The notes under the pieces are model-generated. The model saw only the letters and a program-made list of their open reading frames with translations, searched no databases and was not told where the DNA came from. The translations under genes and the position numbers were made by a program. Below, in pieces: positions 1 through 14,200 of a DNA stretch of 64,000 bases (its first letter is position 1; each line of letters starts with the position of its first letter). This stretch comes from Chiloscyllium plagiosum (taxonomy: Eukaryota): the NCBI RefSeq assembly GCF_004010195.1, contig NC_057749.1, forward strand, positions 19,983,570 through 20,047,569. Direction: 5' to 3'.

Positions 1-799
1 GGCCTCATGCTATGGAGCAGCTGTTTGTACTCTGGTAAAATGTCAGCTGCCTTGTTGCTATTGTTGTCAGTAGAATGGAGTTTTCTTTGACCTCTTGCAA
101 GTATCTGGTAAAGGCTAGTAAACGATTCTCTGCATGAGGCAAAAGTTACTTTTTTTTAAAAAAAAGTAATGAGCAGAGAGAGCTGACCATCCTGTCCCCT
201 CATGTTTGGGTAAGTAGTGTGATCAATGAAAGGCTTATGCCCTAAATGTTCTCCTGCTCCTTGGATACTGCCTGACCTGCTGTGCTTTTCTAGCACCCCA
301 CTCTTGACTGATCGAGATGGGGGCTGGTATTTCGACTAAAAGCCTGTTCAAGTGCTTAGCTGCCTGAACTCCCTTCCAGATTGAAGATGAGGAAGGAGTC
401 TGCAGAATGCTGCCATCACGAGCTGCTAGATCAGCACACCAAGCTAATTGCCCCTCTGGGATCTGTGAAATGCACTTGCTGTCCACAATTGTGGACTGTA
501 TAGTTTCTCCTGTCTCGACTTATATCTTAACTGTTGCTCAAGTTACTTAATTATTTGCTGCCTATTTAAGTTTAGGAGTTATAGAAACCCATCTTGTGTT
601 AAAGATCAAGTACTATTGTAGACTTTGGTTCTATAGACAATAAATGCTTTAAGGGTCACTTTCACAGGCTTAACTGGCAATCTTGCTGGCAAGAGTACAA
701 ACTGCACTATGGCAAATGGGAGGTTTTAAATAGCTAAACTTGGGAAATGGTAATCTGTAAAATAACATTAATGCATCAACTCAACAGCTGATGCCATTT

Positions 800-1930
800 C
801 CACCACACTCTCTATCTGGTTTCACCCACCTGGAGAAAGAGGACACCTACACAAGACTACTGTACAGAGCCTTCAGTTCTGCATTTAACATTCCTTAGCA
901 CCTGACTGGAAAACTGAGTCTGCTGGACTTTTGAATACTTCCCTGTGTGGTTTGCATCCTGGACTACCTGACTGGGAGACCTCTGTCAGCCCAGATTAGG
1001 AACAGCATCTCCAACACTATCACACTGAGCACGGGGGATGGGGGGGGCACTGCTGTTCATCCTGCTGACACACTGCTGTGATTCGTAGCTCAAATCACAT
1101 GTTTGCTGATATGACTAGTGGGTCTCATCAGGAATGACCAGTCAACACAGAGGTGCAGTGGCTAACTGACTGATGTAGAGCCAACAACTGTCTCAGAACG
1201 TGGACAAAATTAAAGAGATGGTTGTTGACTTTAGGAGGGCATGGAGCAACCACACAGCTGGACATCTGCTCCCCTGTGGAGATAGTGAACAGCACCAAAT
1301 TTCTTAGTGTCCACTGGTGGAGAATCTTACCTGGTTCCCCCAACACCAGCTCTGAAGCCAAGAAAGCATAGAAGCATCTCTTTCCTGCGTAGGTTGAGGA
1401 AAAACCAACTTCCCATCCTCTCCACATTCTACGGAGGTTTCATTGAGAGTATCCTGAGCTGCTGCATCACTGCCTGGTTCAGGAATTGTACCTTCTCTGA
1501 TCGTAAGACCCTATAATGGGTAGTGACGATAGCGGAGAAGATCATCAGGATCTCTCTTCCCTCACCACACACTGCATCCAAAAGGATAAAAGTATTGTTG
1601 AAGATCCCTCCCTCAAACTCTTCTCCTCCTGCCATCTGGTAGAAAATACCAGAGCATATGGTATCTCATGGCTAGACCATGCACAGTTTCTTCTCCCAAG
1701 CCACCAGGCTCTTTACATGGTATGATCTCACACACCATCTGAAATTCTTTGCACGTCTTTGAATTGCTGCCAGTACAATGCCTATTAATTGTTCTTTTAT
1801 TACTCTAATTTGTGTGTTTTGCACTTCTTATGCACTGTCACCCTGTGTAGTTTGTGCAGTCTTTGTAGTCCTGGAGGAACACTCATATTTACTGTACCAG
1901 TTGTATATAATTGGAATGACAAAAAGCTAC
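800..1930 (+). mobile_element. Degenerate Rex1/Babar-like LINE, 3' part
   Basis: Translated remnants such as FLRRLRK...STFY..FIESILSCCITAWF.NC are typical of the Rex1/Babar RT C-terminus; frameshifted; boundaries approximate. Confidence 0.7.
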
Positions 1931-2775
1931 TGTACTCTAACCATGTCCATCAGGTAAGGATTCCAGTTACTCCTACTCACTGGAATGTGATTTGACTTCT
2001 GGCTGCCCTCCTGAACTGATTCAGCAAATACATCCCATTTATGTCAACCACTGGGAGTTATAGGGAATCCAGCAATTCAATGAAGTTTAATTGATGATCC
2101 TGGTCTCTCGCACCTCTCTGCTCCATCCTGAAGTGGGATTGAGTGTGAATTCCTACATCAGAGGCAGGGATTTTATCATTGCATCACAATAATGCCCTTT
2201 ACAAGGCAATAAGAGTTAATGATCATTTGCTGGAAAGCCCATAATCACTCTTCTGATTCTCTTTTATAAACACACAAGTCAGAAGCATCAGGAGGAAGTT
2301 TTTTTTTAATTCTTGGAATGTTGCAAATTCCAGAGTCAGGATCAAAGTAATATAAAGATAGAATAGGTAAGAATTAAGGCACTTTTACTTTAAAGATTTG
2401 GGTGCTACACCACTCAATTATTTTTTTCCTGAGTAGAAATGTCTGAAAAGTTCAATGAGAACTTATTTGATTATTCAATGTAGAAGTACCAGTGTTGATT
2501 AGTACAGATACATTTCCCCAATAAAAATCATTTTTTCTTCACTAGACCAAAAACCAAATCTAGTTTGCATATAATAAACAATAGTCCCATAGCAGTACTG
2601 CCTTTTTTAAAAAAATTATGAACAGCTTTAGTCTTCAGGTGAATGCTTTACTAAATATAGTTTAAGGTTACTGTGCAATAGTTTGTCCTGCATTTGAAAT
2701 TAAATGTGCTGTTTCCCTTGTTCAAAGGAAATCGCCCTTCCTGTCATATTTTCCTTCATGTTTATGGCACCTAGT

Positions 2776-2952
2776 CTTTCAGCACTGCTCCTGTCAAAAG
2801 CCCCTTTGCCAATTTCTCCCCGTATGGAAACTTAGAACTGTGGGGACAATTTAGAAAGGGTTTTCCCACTTTTACGTTATGCCCACAGTTTTAAATTTCC
2901 ACACAAGGGGAGAAGTTGGCAAAGGGGCTTTTGACAGGAGCAGTGCTGAAAG
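2776..2952. repeat. Inverted repeat, ~70-bp arms with ~37-bp spacer
   Basis: CTTTCAGCACTGCTCCTGTCAAAAGCCCCTTTGCCAA... is mirrored by ...TTGGCAAAGGGGCTTTTGACAGGAGCAGTGCTGAAAG. Confidence 0.95.
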
Positions 2953-2954
2953 GT

Positions 2955-3862
2955 GTTTCTTTTGAGAGGTGTTGGTGGTTGCTTGCTGAGGGAGAACTGG
3001 GCAGCTTGCTGGTTGACCAGAGAATCAAGAGTTTTAGGGTTCAGGTTAAAAGTACAGTTGGCCTATAACTGGGTTGGTCACAGTACCTCAAGCCTATTCT
3101 GTTAACTGGTAAGACTAAGTGGCCTATTCCTATTCTTTTTTCAGCTCAGCAGGAAGCGCTAGGTTGAGAATTTTACCCTAGTTTGGTATCCTGGAACTAT
3201 TGTAACATTTATGCAAGTGTATTTTTCCTCGAGTTTGGGGCCTAGCACTGTGATAAAGCTGTGTCTTTAAGAAGTGTGTTTTGTCTTGAGAGATTGAACG
3301 AGAGGTGACCGGGAGTATGTGGGAATATAAATAGCTTGAGGCCTTGGGGTTTACTTTTAAATTTGGAACAACACAAAGCCTGGGTGGCCGTATCCAGCTC
3401 TCCTGAACCTGGGTTTTTTTTTAAGCTTTTAGCTTCAGCAGAAGTCTTGGTGGAGTCTTTGAAGTCACAGCAATTTCCTCTCTCTCACACACTCACTCTC
3501 TCTCTCACACACACACACACCCCCTGGTCAGTTACAGCAAGAAGCTGAGGTTTCTTTTCCTACTGCAGGTGTTGCATGTGAAAATATTTTCCAAATTTGC
3601 CTTTTTGCCAGGGTTGTGTTTATGGGATGTTACTATACTGAAAGTTAATTAGTAATAGTTACTGTATTATTCTGTTAAGTTCTCCAATAAGTTTTTCTTA
3701 GTTTGTTCTTCCTTTTTTAACTATAGTGTCTGAATAAATTCTCTTGCTTAATGTTTGACCAGTCAAATTGCAGCTGGAACATAGCAGTTCACATTTGCTG
3801 TTTAAACTAAGAACGTTAGGGTCTAGGCTAGCTTAATATGAGGAGATCTGGTCTGGTTCATA
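2955..3862 (+). mobile_element. Possible solo LTR-like element
   Basis: TATA-like and TC/CA tract followed by AATAAA and a ...GATCTGGTCTGGTTCATA end resembling fish/shark LTRs; no TG..CA termini or TSD confirmed. Confidence 0.35.
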
Positions 3863-5055
3863 GTGCCTGTGTATGTGCAATGTTTTTGAAATTAGTATCT
3901 ATTAATGTTGCATTTATAAATACATCAAACAACATGGCCACAAGATTTGGACGGGTGATCACAATTATTTTTAATCAAACTGGACGGGTTGTTACCCACC
4001 TGCAGGGCAGGTGGATTTGAACTTGGCTATCTAGCCTAGAGGTAGGGACACTACCACAAATTAAATGACCAAAAGCCTGGTCACAGGTTTGAGTTCCTTT
4101 TAAAGGATAGGAGAGATTATGACTGAGTAATTCAGAAATTGAAGTCTGAACACTTGAGGGGTGGGGGGAGGGCTATGGAGGCATCAGAAAATTAATTCAA
4201 AACTACGCTCCTGCCTAAGCAATGTCCCAGGTCAGCAAGCCAGGGAGGGTGAGGGATTACATAATTCAAATTGGTCAATCCAGCAGAGTTTTAAAAATAT
4301 GACAATGTGTTGTCATAACTCTCCATTAGTGCATCTGTTTATCATTGTGCAGATTTCATTCTCACTCTATTGCAATCCTCAATATGGATTATCCACAATT
4401 TTGGTATTTGCCCATTTTGAATCTGTACAGAATCCAAATGGCTTAGAAGTAAACATGTAAATATTGCACAATAGGGCCAGCCTTGTTCGTAAGACAAATG
4501 ATGTTCTCAACAAAAGTTCACTATAGCTCCTGTTTCAGAAAACTTGATCCTTTAGTCAGACTGTCTCACTTTCAAAGTGTAACAGATGCACGTTGTCTTT
4601 ACTCCCTATCTATTCAGAGTTACTACATGAGCCATGACCCTTCCTATTTATGGTGGGAGGTCAACAGAAGAACAAAGTACAAACTGAGGAAGGAGCTTAT
4701 CACAAAGTTTCATGATCTGAACCTGAAAGTTGTCATTGTAAGCACAAACTGCATGGCATTTTGAGTTTACAATGTAACAAGTGAGGTTTTTTTTGAATCT
4801 CAGCAGAAGATCCTTATTTTATGGTGCATGCTTCATGTAGCCACGTTTGTCAACAATTTGTTTCTATTCAAAATATTCGTATTGGTCGTCTTTTGCAGTT
4901 ACCCTTCATAAATAGGGCCATATTCCCTCTTCGAGCTTACGGCATCTCATTCCAGTACACTTCACAAGCAAAGGACAAATTGGAGTTGATGGGTTAAACG
5001 CTTACATAGGTAAAGGCACCAATGATAAATGTTCCAGTAACTTCAACTCTTCTTC

Positions 5056-5239
5056 TCAACTCAATTCAATGTGCTTAGTGTTAGGTAATTTGAAGCATGC
5101 CAGACCGCCGATGAAAAATATTACTGCAACCATGAGGATGGTCACACTGCAGTTCATGTCAACCAGTTGGCCAAACACCACATTTCCCAAAATGGAGGCA
5201 ACGCGGCTGATACCAGTGAAAACTCCAAGTGCAGAAGAC
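5056..5239 (-). CDS. SV2-like terminal exon 12 ([23 protein letters not shown]...[10 protein letters not shown])
   Basis: caacag acceptor, TGA at 5058-5056. Confidence 0.95.
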
Positions 5240-8200
5240 CTGTTGAGAGACAGTTTTTATTTCTTCAATTTTAAATTAAAAATCCTTCCACATAAAGGTA
5301 CTAAAATTCTAAACATTTTAGTGGTGTAGTTGTACTTTTGAAACTCTAAACCAAAATTTCAAGTATAGTTATGGCAGAGTTAGTACACTGTCAAAGAAAC
5401 AAATGGCCTCCTTTGCCACTGTCTTGTATAAATAGATTAACATTTCATGGGAAGGGCACAGATATTTAACATGCTGCCTATAAACTTATCATATATAGTT
5501 GTATTTATTAATAAGACATATCCTATGGAATGTTGAGAACAGCTTCAGCATAATCAAGGTTAGGAGCTATGGGAAATGGGTTGCATTAAATAGTCAAGAA
5601 AGGTGGTTCACATTGGGGCTCAACAGGAGATACAAATATGTACTTTTAGAATGAAACATTTTATTTTTCCACTAACTTAATCCAGACTAAGAATTTCTTT
5701 ATGGAAGTGTAATGAAATATTTTCCAATCGGGCAGATTATTTTAAAGAATCTGGTAACTTTAAAAACAATTCATTGTTAGCAAACTTGAATCAAAATGTC
5801 CCTCAATCCTTCAAACTAGATGGTACTGTTGCTCAGTGGCTCATATCTGCCCTAAATTAACGAAACTTGAGATTTTCCATGATTAGTACTCTCCTCCATG
5901 CATTAAGAGTCATGTAAACTTTCCTTCCAGATATTAAACAATCCCCTATCAATTGATATTTAAGAGTAAGGAATTATAAAACACAAATGAGAAACTAAAT
6001 GGGAAGATCTCATAATTTAAGTCCACAGCATAAAGCCAGTCAATATGCAATCAATATGATTTCAAGTGTGGCTCATTCTGATGCATGCTTTGAACTAGGA
6101 ATATGATAGTAGGTTTCTGATCAGTCTCATTCTTGCAATAAAACTCTCCCAGTACAATGGTTCTCTCTATACTTGGAATTATTTTCTACCTCATCCCTAT
6201 AATGAACAATAGACAAATGTTTGAGAAGGTGGAATACAAGGAGTAGACTCCCTCTTGATTTTTAAAACTGTAACTTACCGTAAGTTAGTTGGGTACAATT
6301 CTAACCCAATGACATCAAGTGAGTTCCAAGCAACAACTGAGATGGCACTAAACACACAGGACACTATCAAGCTCTGCGTTTTGGTCTTCACTTGCCAGAT
6401 GAAAAATGCACAGATTCCTGACAGAAAAAGACTAGCACCTAAGGTCAGAGAATAAGTAAATAATCAACACCCAACTTGCCAAGTTAACTAGTCATCTACT
6501 CTTCAAAACACAGTCAATAACAACACTGCAATATTACTGGCTGTGATCCACAAGACCACTAGTATTGTAAAACCTGTTAACTAATAATTTAATTGTCTGC
6601 TTTTGGTGATGCATAATTGGAACAGGTACATGCAGCAAGTACTGTCCTGTTAATGATTCTTTGATAATGTGCAGGTAGGTGGAAGGCGCTAAATAAGAGC
6701 AAATATTCTTAATAGACACTACTGCTCTGAATAATAAACAGCTCTTCACACTGGGCTATCTCTCCATTCTATTCCCTTTCTTGAGCTCTTCCTGGTTGGT
6801 ACTCACAGAGTAGAAATTTGCCTCCCAGCAGATCCATCAGTAAGATAGTGAAGATATTACCAGGAAGACTGGCAGCAGCAATTATAAAGCCTTCTTTATA
6901 CACTGCAAAACAAAGGAAACAAATCACTTTTAAAATTCAAACCAGAAAGAAAAGGAAACAGCAGGTGTGAAAGTTATCAAAATTAATTGCACAATTCCAT
7001 ATGTAAAAGATCCTGAGGATGGCATTTTTTTTTAAAAGTCTGCTGGTTATTCCAAAGGTTGTGTGTGTAAATGCGACAGGGACAAACGCACAAAGGAACA
7101 AGGGATTAATCAGCCCCACAAAATATACACACTATTTTGTTCGAGCATGTGGAGTAGTAACAGGCATATTGATAGCATGGGTGGGAAGCTCCTGCCCAGG
7201 TCCAAAGGCAGCAGCCATCTCTGCCAGGCCCCAGTGAAGGCAAAGCACAAACATCAAAAGAAGCGTGTGGAAACCTGAGCATCCCATTTTACTCAACTCT
7301 TCAACTACCCCCAGCCTCGCCTGTGGCAGGGTCTGTGGAGTCCTCCCAGGATCCCTAACTCTGGAGTTGGGAATGTCATCCTCATATTGAGGTTCTCCCT
7401 TGGAATGAGGAGGGGGTCCGTGAGAAGCATAGATAGCAGTGTAGGCCAAAGCCTCCAATAATTATGGAATACTGTGCAACCTATCCTGTTATTTCACCTT
7501 TACCTTATATCCACTGATCTTGCCTTACTCATGGTCAGGCTAGGTGGCAGAAGTGCTGTGAGGTACACAAGAGTTTCATTTCTTACAGGGATAACTCAGA
7601 AAAATGAGAAGAAACATAATGAAAAAGAACCTGGGATAGTTTAGATGAACAGTGTCCATTGTCACTTCTCAGGAGCAGAAACCTGATCCTGCCCAAAGGC
7701 CACAAAAGCTGACTCTAATATCTAACTTCCATATCCGCCACAGATTCACCTGCACCTCCACCCACATCATCTACTGCATCCGCTGCAGCCGGTGTGGCCT
7801 CCTCTATATTGGGGAGACAGGCCGCCTACTTGCGGAGCGATTCAGAGAGCACCTCTGGGCCACCCGGACGAACCAACCCAACCAACCTGTAGCACAGCAT
7901 TTCAACTCCCCCTCCCACTCCACCGAGGATATGCAGGTCATTGGACTCATCCACCGCCAAACCACAACAACCCGACGGTCGGAGGAGGAGCGTCTTATCT
8001 TCCGACTGGGAACCCTCCAACCGCAGGGGATGAACTTGGACTTCACCAGTTTCTTCATCCCCCCTCCCCCCACCTTGTCTCAGCCGGATCCCTCCAGCCC
8101 GGCACCGCCTTCCTGACCTGCAGTCTTCTTCTTGACCTCTCCGCCTCCATCCTACTCCGACCTATCACCCTCACCTTGACCTCTTTCCACCTATCACATT

Positions 8201-11200
8201 TCCAACGCCCCACCTCCAAGTCCCTCCTCCCTACCTTTTATCTTCTCCTGCTGAACACTCTCTGCTCATTCCTGAAGAAGGGCCTGTGCCCGAAACGTCG
8301 AATCACCTGTTCCCTGGATGCTGCCTGACCTGCTGTGCTGTTCCAGCAATAAAGTTTCAACTTTGATCTCCAGCATCTGCAGACCTCACTTTCTCCTCTA
8401 ATATCCCATGCAACATTTACAAAACAAAACTCTACCCAAGCTCAGTTATTGTCTGGAGAACCAACAGGAAGGGATAAGGAGACTGAAAATGATGGAGTGT
8501 AAATATGGACTGCAAGACAATTCCTGAAAAATATCTGAAGTGAGGAGGGTATGAAAGTATCCTGACTGACCATAGTCCTGGCGGTCAGGGTCACAGCAGC
8601 AATGTTAGCTATACACTGCAGCTGATGCCAGACATAACCTGAACATGGGAATTACTAGATAAATAAAGGCCAAAAGATCCATCTTGCTCATCACCTCCAA
8701 TCATTGCATCACACAATACAGCAAGAGTTGAATTGTTAGCTTATGTATCTATCAATCAGTCTACAATAGGAGCAGGAACAACATGACGTTTCACTGAATC
8801 CCAGTAAAAAGCTTTGGGAATCTTAGGATTCAGTCACTTGCTGCTCCCACACTCCACTTACCATGTCATTTCACAAATTACTTAATAGATTGGTTCCAGG
8901 TAAGGAAGGACTTCCTTGAGGAGAGGTTGAGTTGGTTGGGCTTGTGTTCATTGAAATTTAGAACAATAAGAGGCGACCTTATTGAAAAATATGCAGTGGC
9001 AGCACGGTGGCTCAGCGGTTAGCACTGCTGCCTCGCAGTGCCAAGAACACAGGTTCAACCCCAGCCTGAGGTGACTGTGTGGAGTCTGCACATTTGCCCC
9101 GTGTCTGTGTGGCTTTCCTCTGGGTGCTCCGGTTTCCTCCCACAGTCCAAAGATGTGCAGGTCAGGTGGATTGGCCGTGCCAAATTGCCCATAGTGTCCA
9201 GTGTAAGTTAGATGGATTAGCCATGAGAAATGCAAGGTTACAGGTATAGGATAGGGGAATGAGTCTGCGTGGGATGCTCTCCAGAAAGTCGATGTGGAGC
9301 TGTTGGGCTGAAAGGTTTGTTTCCACACAGTAGAGATTCTATTCTTCGGGAACTTACAATAGATGGTGAAAAGTTGTTTCCCCTTGGGGGAGACTCGAGG
9401 ACCAGAGGTCATACTCTCAGAGTAAGAGATCACCCAATTAGGACCAAGGTGAGGAGGAATTTCTTTTTTTGAGAGGATAGTGAATCTCTGATTTCTTATC
9501 GTAGAGGATCGTCAAAACTGAGTACTTAGTAATCTGTCTGTCTCAGCCCTGAATATACTTAAATCATAAGGGAGTTAAGGGTTTTGAGGATAAGGCAGGT
9601 ATATGGAGTCAAGAATGATCAGAACAGTCATAATTTTATTGAACGGTGGAACAGACTCAATGGACTAAGTGGTCTGTTTCTGCCCCTACATTTTGTGGTC
9701 ATATACTTGTCAATTTGGATCCTAGCAAATAGTGGGATAAAAAAGAAACAACAGACGACCTTCCTTTGTGGATTATCTAGGCTGTCTTACAGCTCCTTCC
9801 ATACATTAGTTGCTGCTGCCCATACAATTAATAGCCACCACCTGTTTTTTCTTGAACTTAAATAAAAACATTAACAAATTTTACAACATGATTAAACAGA
9901 CATTAACAATACTAAAGGGGGTTCTTGTCGCACAGTGGTAATGTCCCTACCTTTCAGTCAGGAGGTTCGGGTCCAAGTCCCACTTCTCCAGAGGAGTGTA
10001 ATAACATCCCTGAACAAGTTGGTTAGAAAATATCTGCTTGTGTCCCAAAAGATCACTTTCTGAAGAGACACAATACCCTTTACAGTGTGTATTGCAGGAT
10101 GGAATACATCAAGAAACTGTAATTATATTACCGCAGATATGTCCTCGCACTATGTCTGACCTCTGCAGTGAAGATAGAGCATGAGGGAAGAGGCATTCAA
10201 AGTTAAGAGAGCATAACCCACAGGGAGAGCTTACTGGAACATACGCTTCCCACCGTTAAGACAGTTTCTGATCCTCAATCGAAGAACATGGGTAAAGCCC
10301 AGTGAGGACTTCCGCTCAGGAACTGCTAAAAGTCCCAAAGGAATTTCCCAGTCCACAACTGGATGGGATACATATTGAGGGATATGGACCAAACGCAGGC
10401 AAATGGAACTAGTTTAATTGCGAAAACTGGGCGGCATGGACAAGTTGGACTGAAGGGCCTGTATCCATGCTTTAAACCTCTTATGTCTTCCATGCATTTG
10501 TTGTAAATAAGCCCCTGATATATTCAAACTCTGTATGAGATGCTGGGAGCAGTATAGTCTACTATGCAGCCACACATTATTTCGATTGAATCTGCACTAA
10601 GAATATCTCAGAAATGAAAACTCAAAACGTGAATAGCTGAGTCGCTTCCAGATGAAATGGGTTGGACAAATGAACTTTTAATTGGAAAAGGATCAAATTC
10701 CTCCTCCCAGATGGACTCCAGAATGAGAGAATCAAACTCAAGATGACACTCACCCACTGTCTTCACTGGATAACAAGTGACATTCTCCACACTTCCTTCA
10801 CTGGAGCTGCTCCAATTACTCGAGCACGCAGAACCACCTCCGATCTCGATCCGTTTGAGAAGCTCGGGAAACCACATCCACAGACCATAATACCTGGAAG
10901 AAGGGGAATAAGAGAAAACAGTCAACCAGCTACCTAAATTCCAAAGGCCAACATAAACACACTCGGATTTATGTGGGCCCTACCATAACCTGAGTCAAGA
11001 AAGTGCTGCTTTAAGTGTAGTTACCATTGCAAGCCAGGAACTGTGTCAGCTAACCTGTGCAGAGCAAGCTCCCAGAAACAGCAATGTTTCAACCATGACG
11101 GTTCAGATGAAAATATCACCCAGGACATTGCTGAGAACACCCCTGCTCTTAGAGGAATCTATACTAGGAGGCCATTTGATGGATAGCTGATCTCTCAGAG

Positions 11201-14200
11201 AATCAATGATGAGTGCAGTGGGTAGGTGGTAGAGTTGAATGACCCTCTTGTCTGTCCTCCTCAAGGCATCTCGACAGTACATGCACACATAGGCCTCAGG
11301 CAGGGAGAAGATTAGTATTGGCACCAATGCCTCCACCAGGTAACAGCCTGACCACACGCACTATTCAACCTCACCTCCCAGGAATGGCTCATGGGAATGT
11401 TATGAAGATGTGGATGTAGTGTACCTTTAAGAGAATAAAGGCTAGCAGTGACAGCACCAATTCGGGATTTGAATTGGTTTTGACAAATTTGAATATATTT
11501 GGGTGTATGAAAAATCCTAGCTGTTTAAACACTTGCAGGTTAGGGTCCTCGATCTTTAAATAAAATGGAGGTGAGACAATTTGTTTAATTTTGGTGTCTT
11601 GTGGTTGATTAAATTAAAAGAAAGAGAAATTGCTCTTAAAGTTGCTGAAGAGGTTCTGAACTTTGAAGATGATTCTCAAGAAAATTTAGAAGGAAAGAAA
11701 AAGGCCATACTTTTAAAATTAGCAAATTAGTTCGATTTGGGTTTAACCAAGGACAAAAGTAAAGCTAAAATTGTACGGGAATTACTCAAACACTCAGGTG
11801 TTTCAGAGAAACAGATAAGTGCAATAGAGGTAGAAAAATTAAAATAACAATTGAGGAAAATGGAGTTAGAAGATAAACAAAGGTGGAGAGAGAGAGAGCG
11901 GCACCTAAAGAGGGCACAGTGTAGAATGAAGCAGGTGGCAAATAAAAGCTCTGAGACTCGGACATTTTCCCGAGGAGATAACATGTTAGTACTGTTACCA
12001 GTGATAGGAGATCCCTTCAAAGCCAAGTTTAGTGGTCCCTATCAAATTGAGAAAAAGTTGAGTCAGGTGAACTATTTAGAAAAGATGCCAGGTAGAAAGA
12101 AAAGGTATCGGGTATGTCATGTGAACATGCTGAAACTGTATTACACTAGAGAGAAAGAACTGGAGAAAATGGAGGTGTTAGTTACAGAATGAGGAATCAA
12201 ATCTATTTGATATGGATTTTGAGGTGCCTCAAAATAGATTAAAAAATGAAGAAGTTCTTGAGGTGTGGAATAGTCTAATAAGCTAACTGTCAGGAGCATA
12301 GAACACAGTTGGAAGATTGGTTGCAGCATATGTAAGAATCAGATGGGGAGGACTAATGCTATTGTACATGAAGTAAATGTAGGAAACATTGCTTCGATAA
12401 AACAACATCGCTATCGGCTTAATCCTTTCAAGGTCAGATGGGTTCAGAAGGAGGTGGAGGCCACGCTTGACGAGGACATCATCGAACCAAGACAGAGAGC
12501 GTGGAGTTCACCAATCGCCTTAGCTCCCAAACCGGACGGGACTCAATGATTCTGCGCGGATATCAGAAGGTCAATGCCATTACAAAATCGGACTCATATC
12601 CAACTCGAGGACTGTATTTGGAAAGTCGGACAAGCCAGTTACATCATCAAGTTAATGCGTGGTTACTGGCAGGTACCTTTATCAGAGATGGCAAAAGGAA
12701 TTTCTGCGTTTGTAATCCCAAATGGGCTATATCAGTTTAAAGTGATGCCCTTTGGAATGAAGAACACACCCGCCACATTCCAAAGACTCATGAACGCAAT
12801 TGTGGCTGGGTTAACAAACTGTACAGTCGGTTTAGTAAGTCCTGGAAAGATCACAGGGTACAGTTGGCAGAGCTCTTTGCACGACTACGAGAAGCAAAAC
12901 TGGTGATAAACTTAAATAAAACAGAATTTACGAAAACAGAGGTGACGTTCTTGGGACATAACATCGGTCATGGAAGGTTGACCCCATGGAACGCAAAGAC
13001 GAAGGCCATCGAGGAATTTCCATGACCAACCTTGAAGAAAGATGTGCTTTGATTCTTAGGACTCAGTGGATTCTATCAGAAGTTTGTTCCAAACTTCAGC
13101 AGTGTAGTTGCACTGTTAACCGATTTGCTGAAGAGGAACACAAAGTTTCGGTGGACACAACAATGCCAGGAGGAATTCGACCATTTGAAATCAATATTAA
13201 ACGCCAAACCAGTTTTAGTATACCAAATTTTTCAAAACCTTTTAAAGAAGGCATCAATGCTAGTGACATTGGAGTTGGAGCTGTACTCCTACAGGAAGAT
13301 GAGGATGGGATTGAAGTGCCAGATGGTTACTTTTCGAAGATGATCAACATCCAGCAAAGGAAATACTCCACGATCAAGAAAGAACTATTGAGTTTGGTAC
13401 TGGCCTTACAGCATTTTAATGTGTGTGTCACGAACAATGTGTCGCAGATGGTTGTGTATACTGACCACAATCTGCTTACATTCTTAGAACGCTTCAAAGA
13501 CAAGAATATGAGACTATTTCATTGGAGTCTTATGTTACAGACTTTTAATTTAAAAATCATACATGTTGCGGGTCGGACGAATGTAATTGCAGATGCATTA
13601 ACGTGGATTTAACTGATAGAATTTAGACAAGATTTGTCTTTATTAATGTGACACAGGTACACGGGAAGAAGTTAAGATGGACTTATATCAACATTATCTG
13701 TATGTTAGGGTAATGTGTTTAAAATGTAGAGAAAACAAAGCTATCTTTTCATTATGCTGGTTCATTTTTTTCTTAAGGGGGGAGGCGTTATGAAGATGTG
13801 GGTGTACTGTACCTTTAAGAGAGTAAAAGCTAGCAGAGACAGCACCAAGTGCTCTCAATAAGACACAAGGTAACATGTGCTACAGCTACTGGGGTAGCGG
13901 GTTGCCTAGAAACGACAAAACAGATTTGAATCAGGCCAATCAGTTTAAATTATACCCCGAAAAATACCAAATCCCAATCAAGTTTGAATTGAGTATATTG
14001 ACAATCTTGAAAGCCAATGACACAATCCTATACTTTGGGGTATAAGACTTGGGAAAATGGGAGGAGAACTATCACCACTCCTTCTAGAGAAGGAGTGTGC
14101 ACAGAGAGAAACCTCAACACTGACCTGAAGAGCCATTCTACTGACGAAGATAAAAAGAAGATTCGACCGCTGGCTGGTACTTAAATTTGTATTTTCTGTA

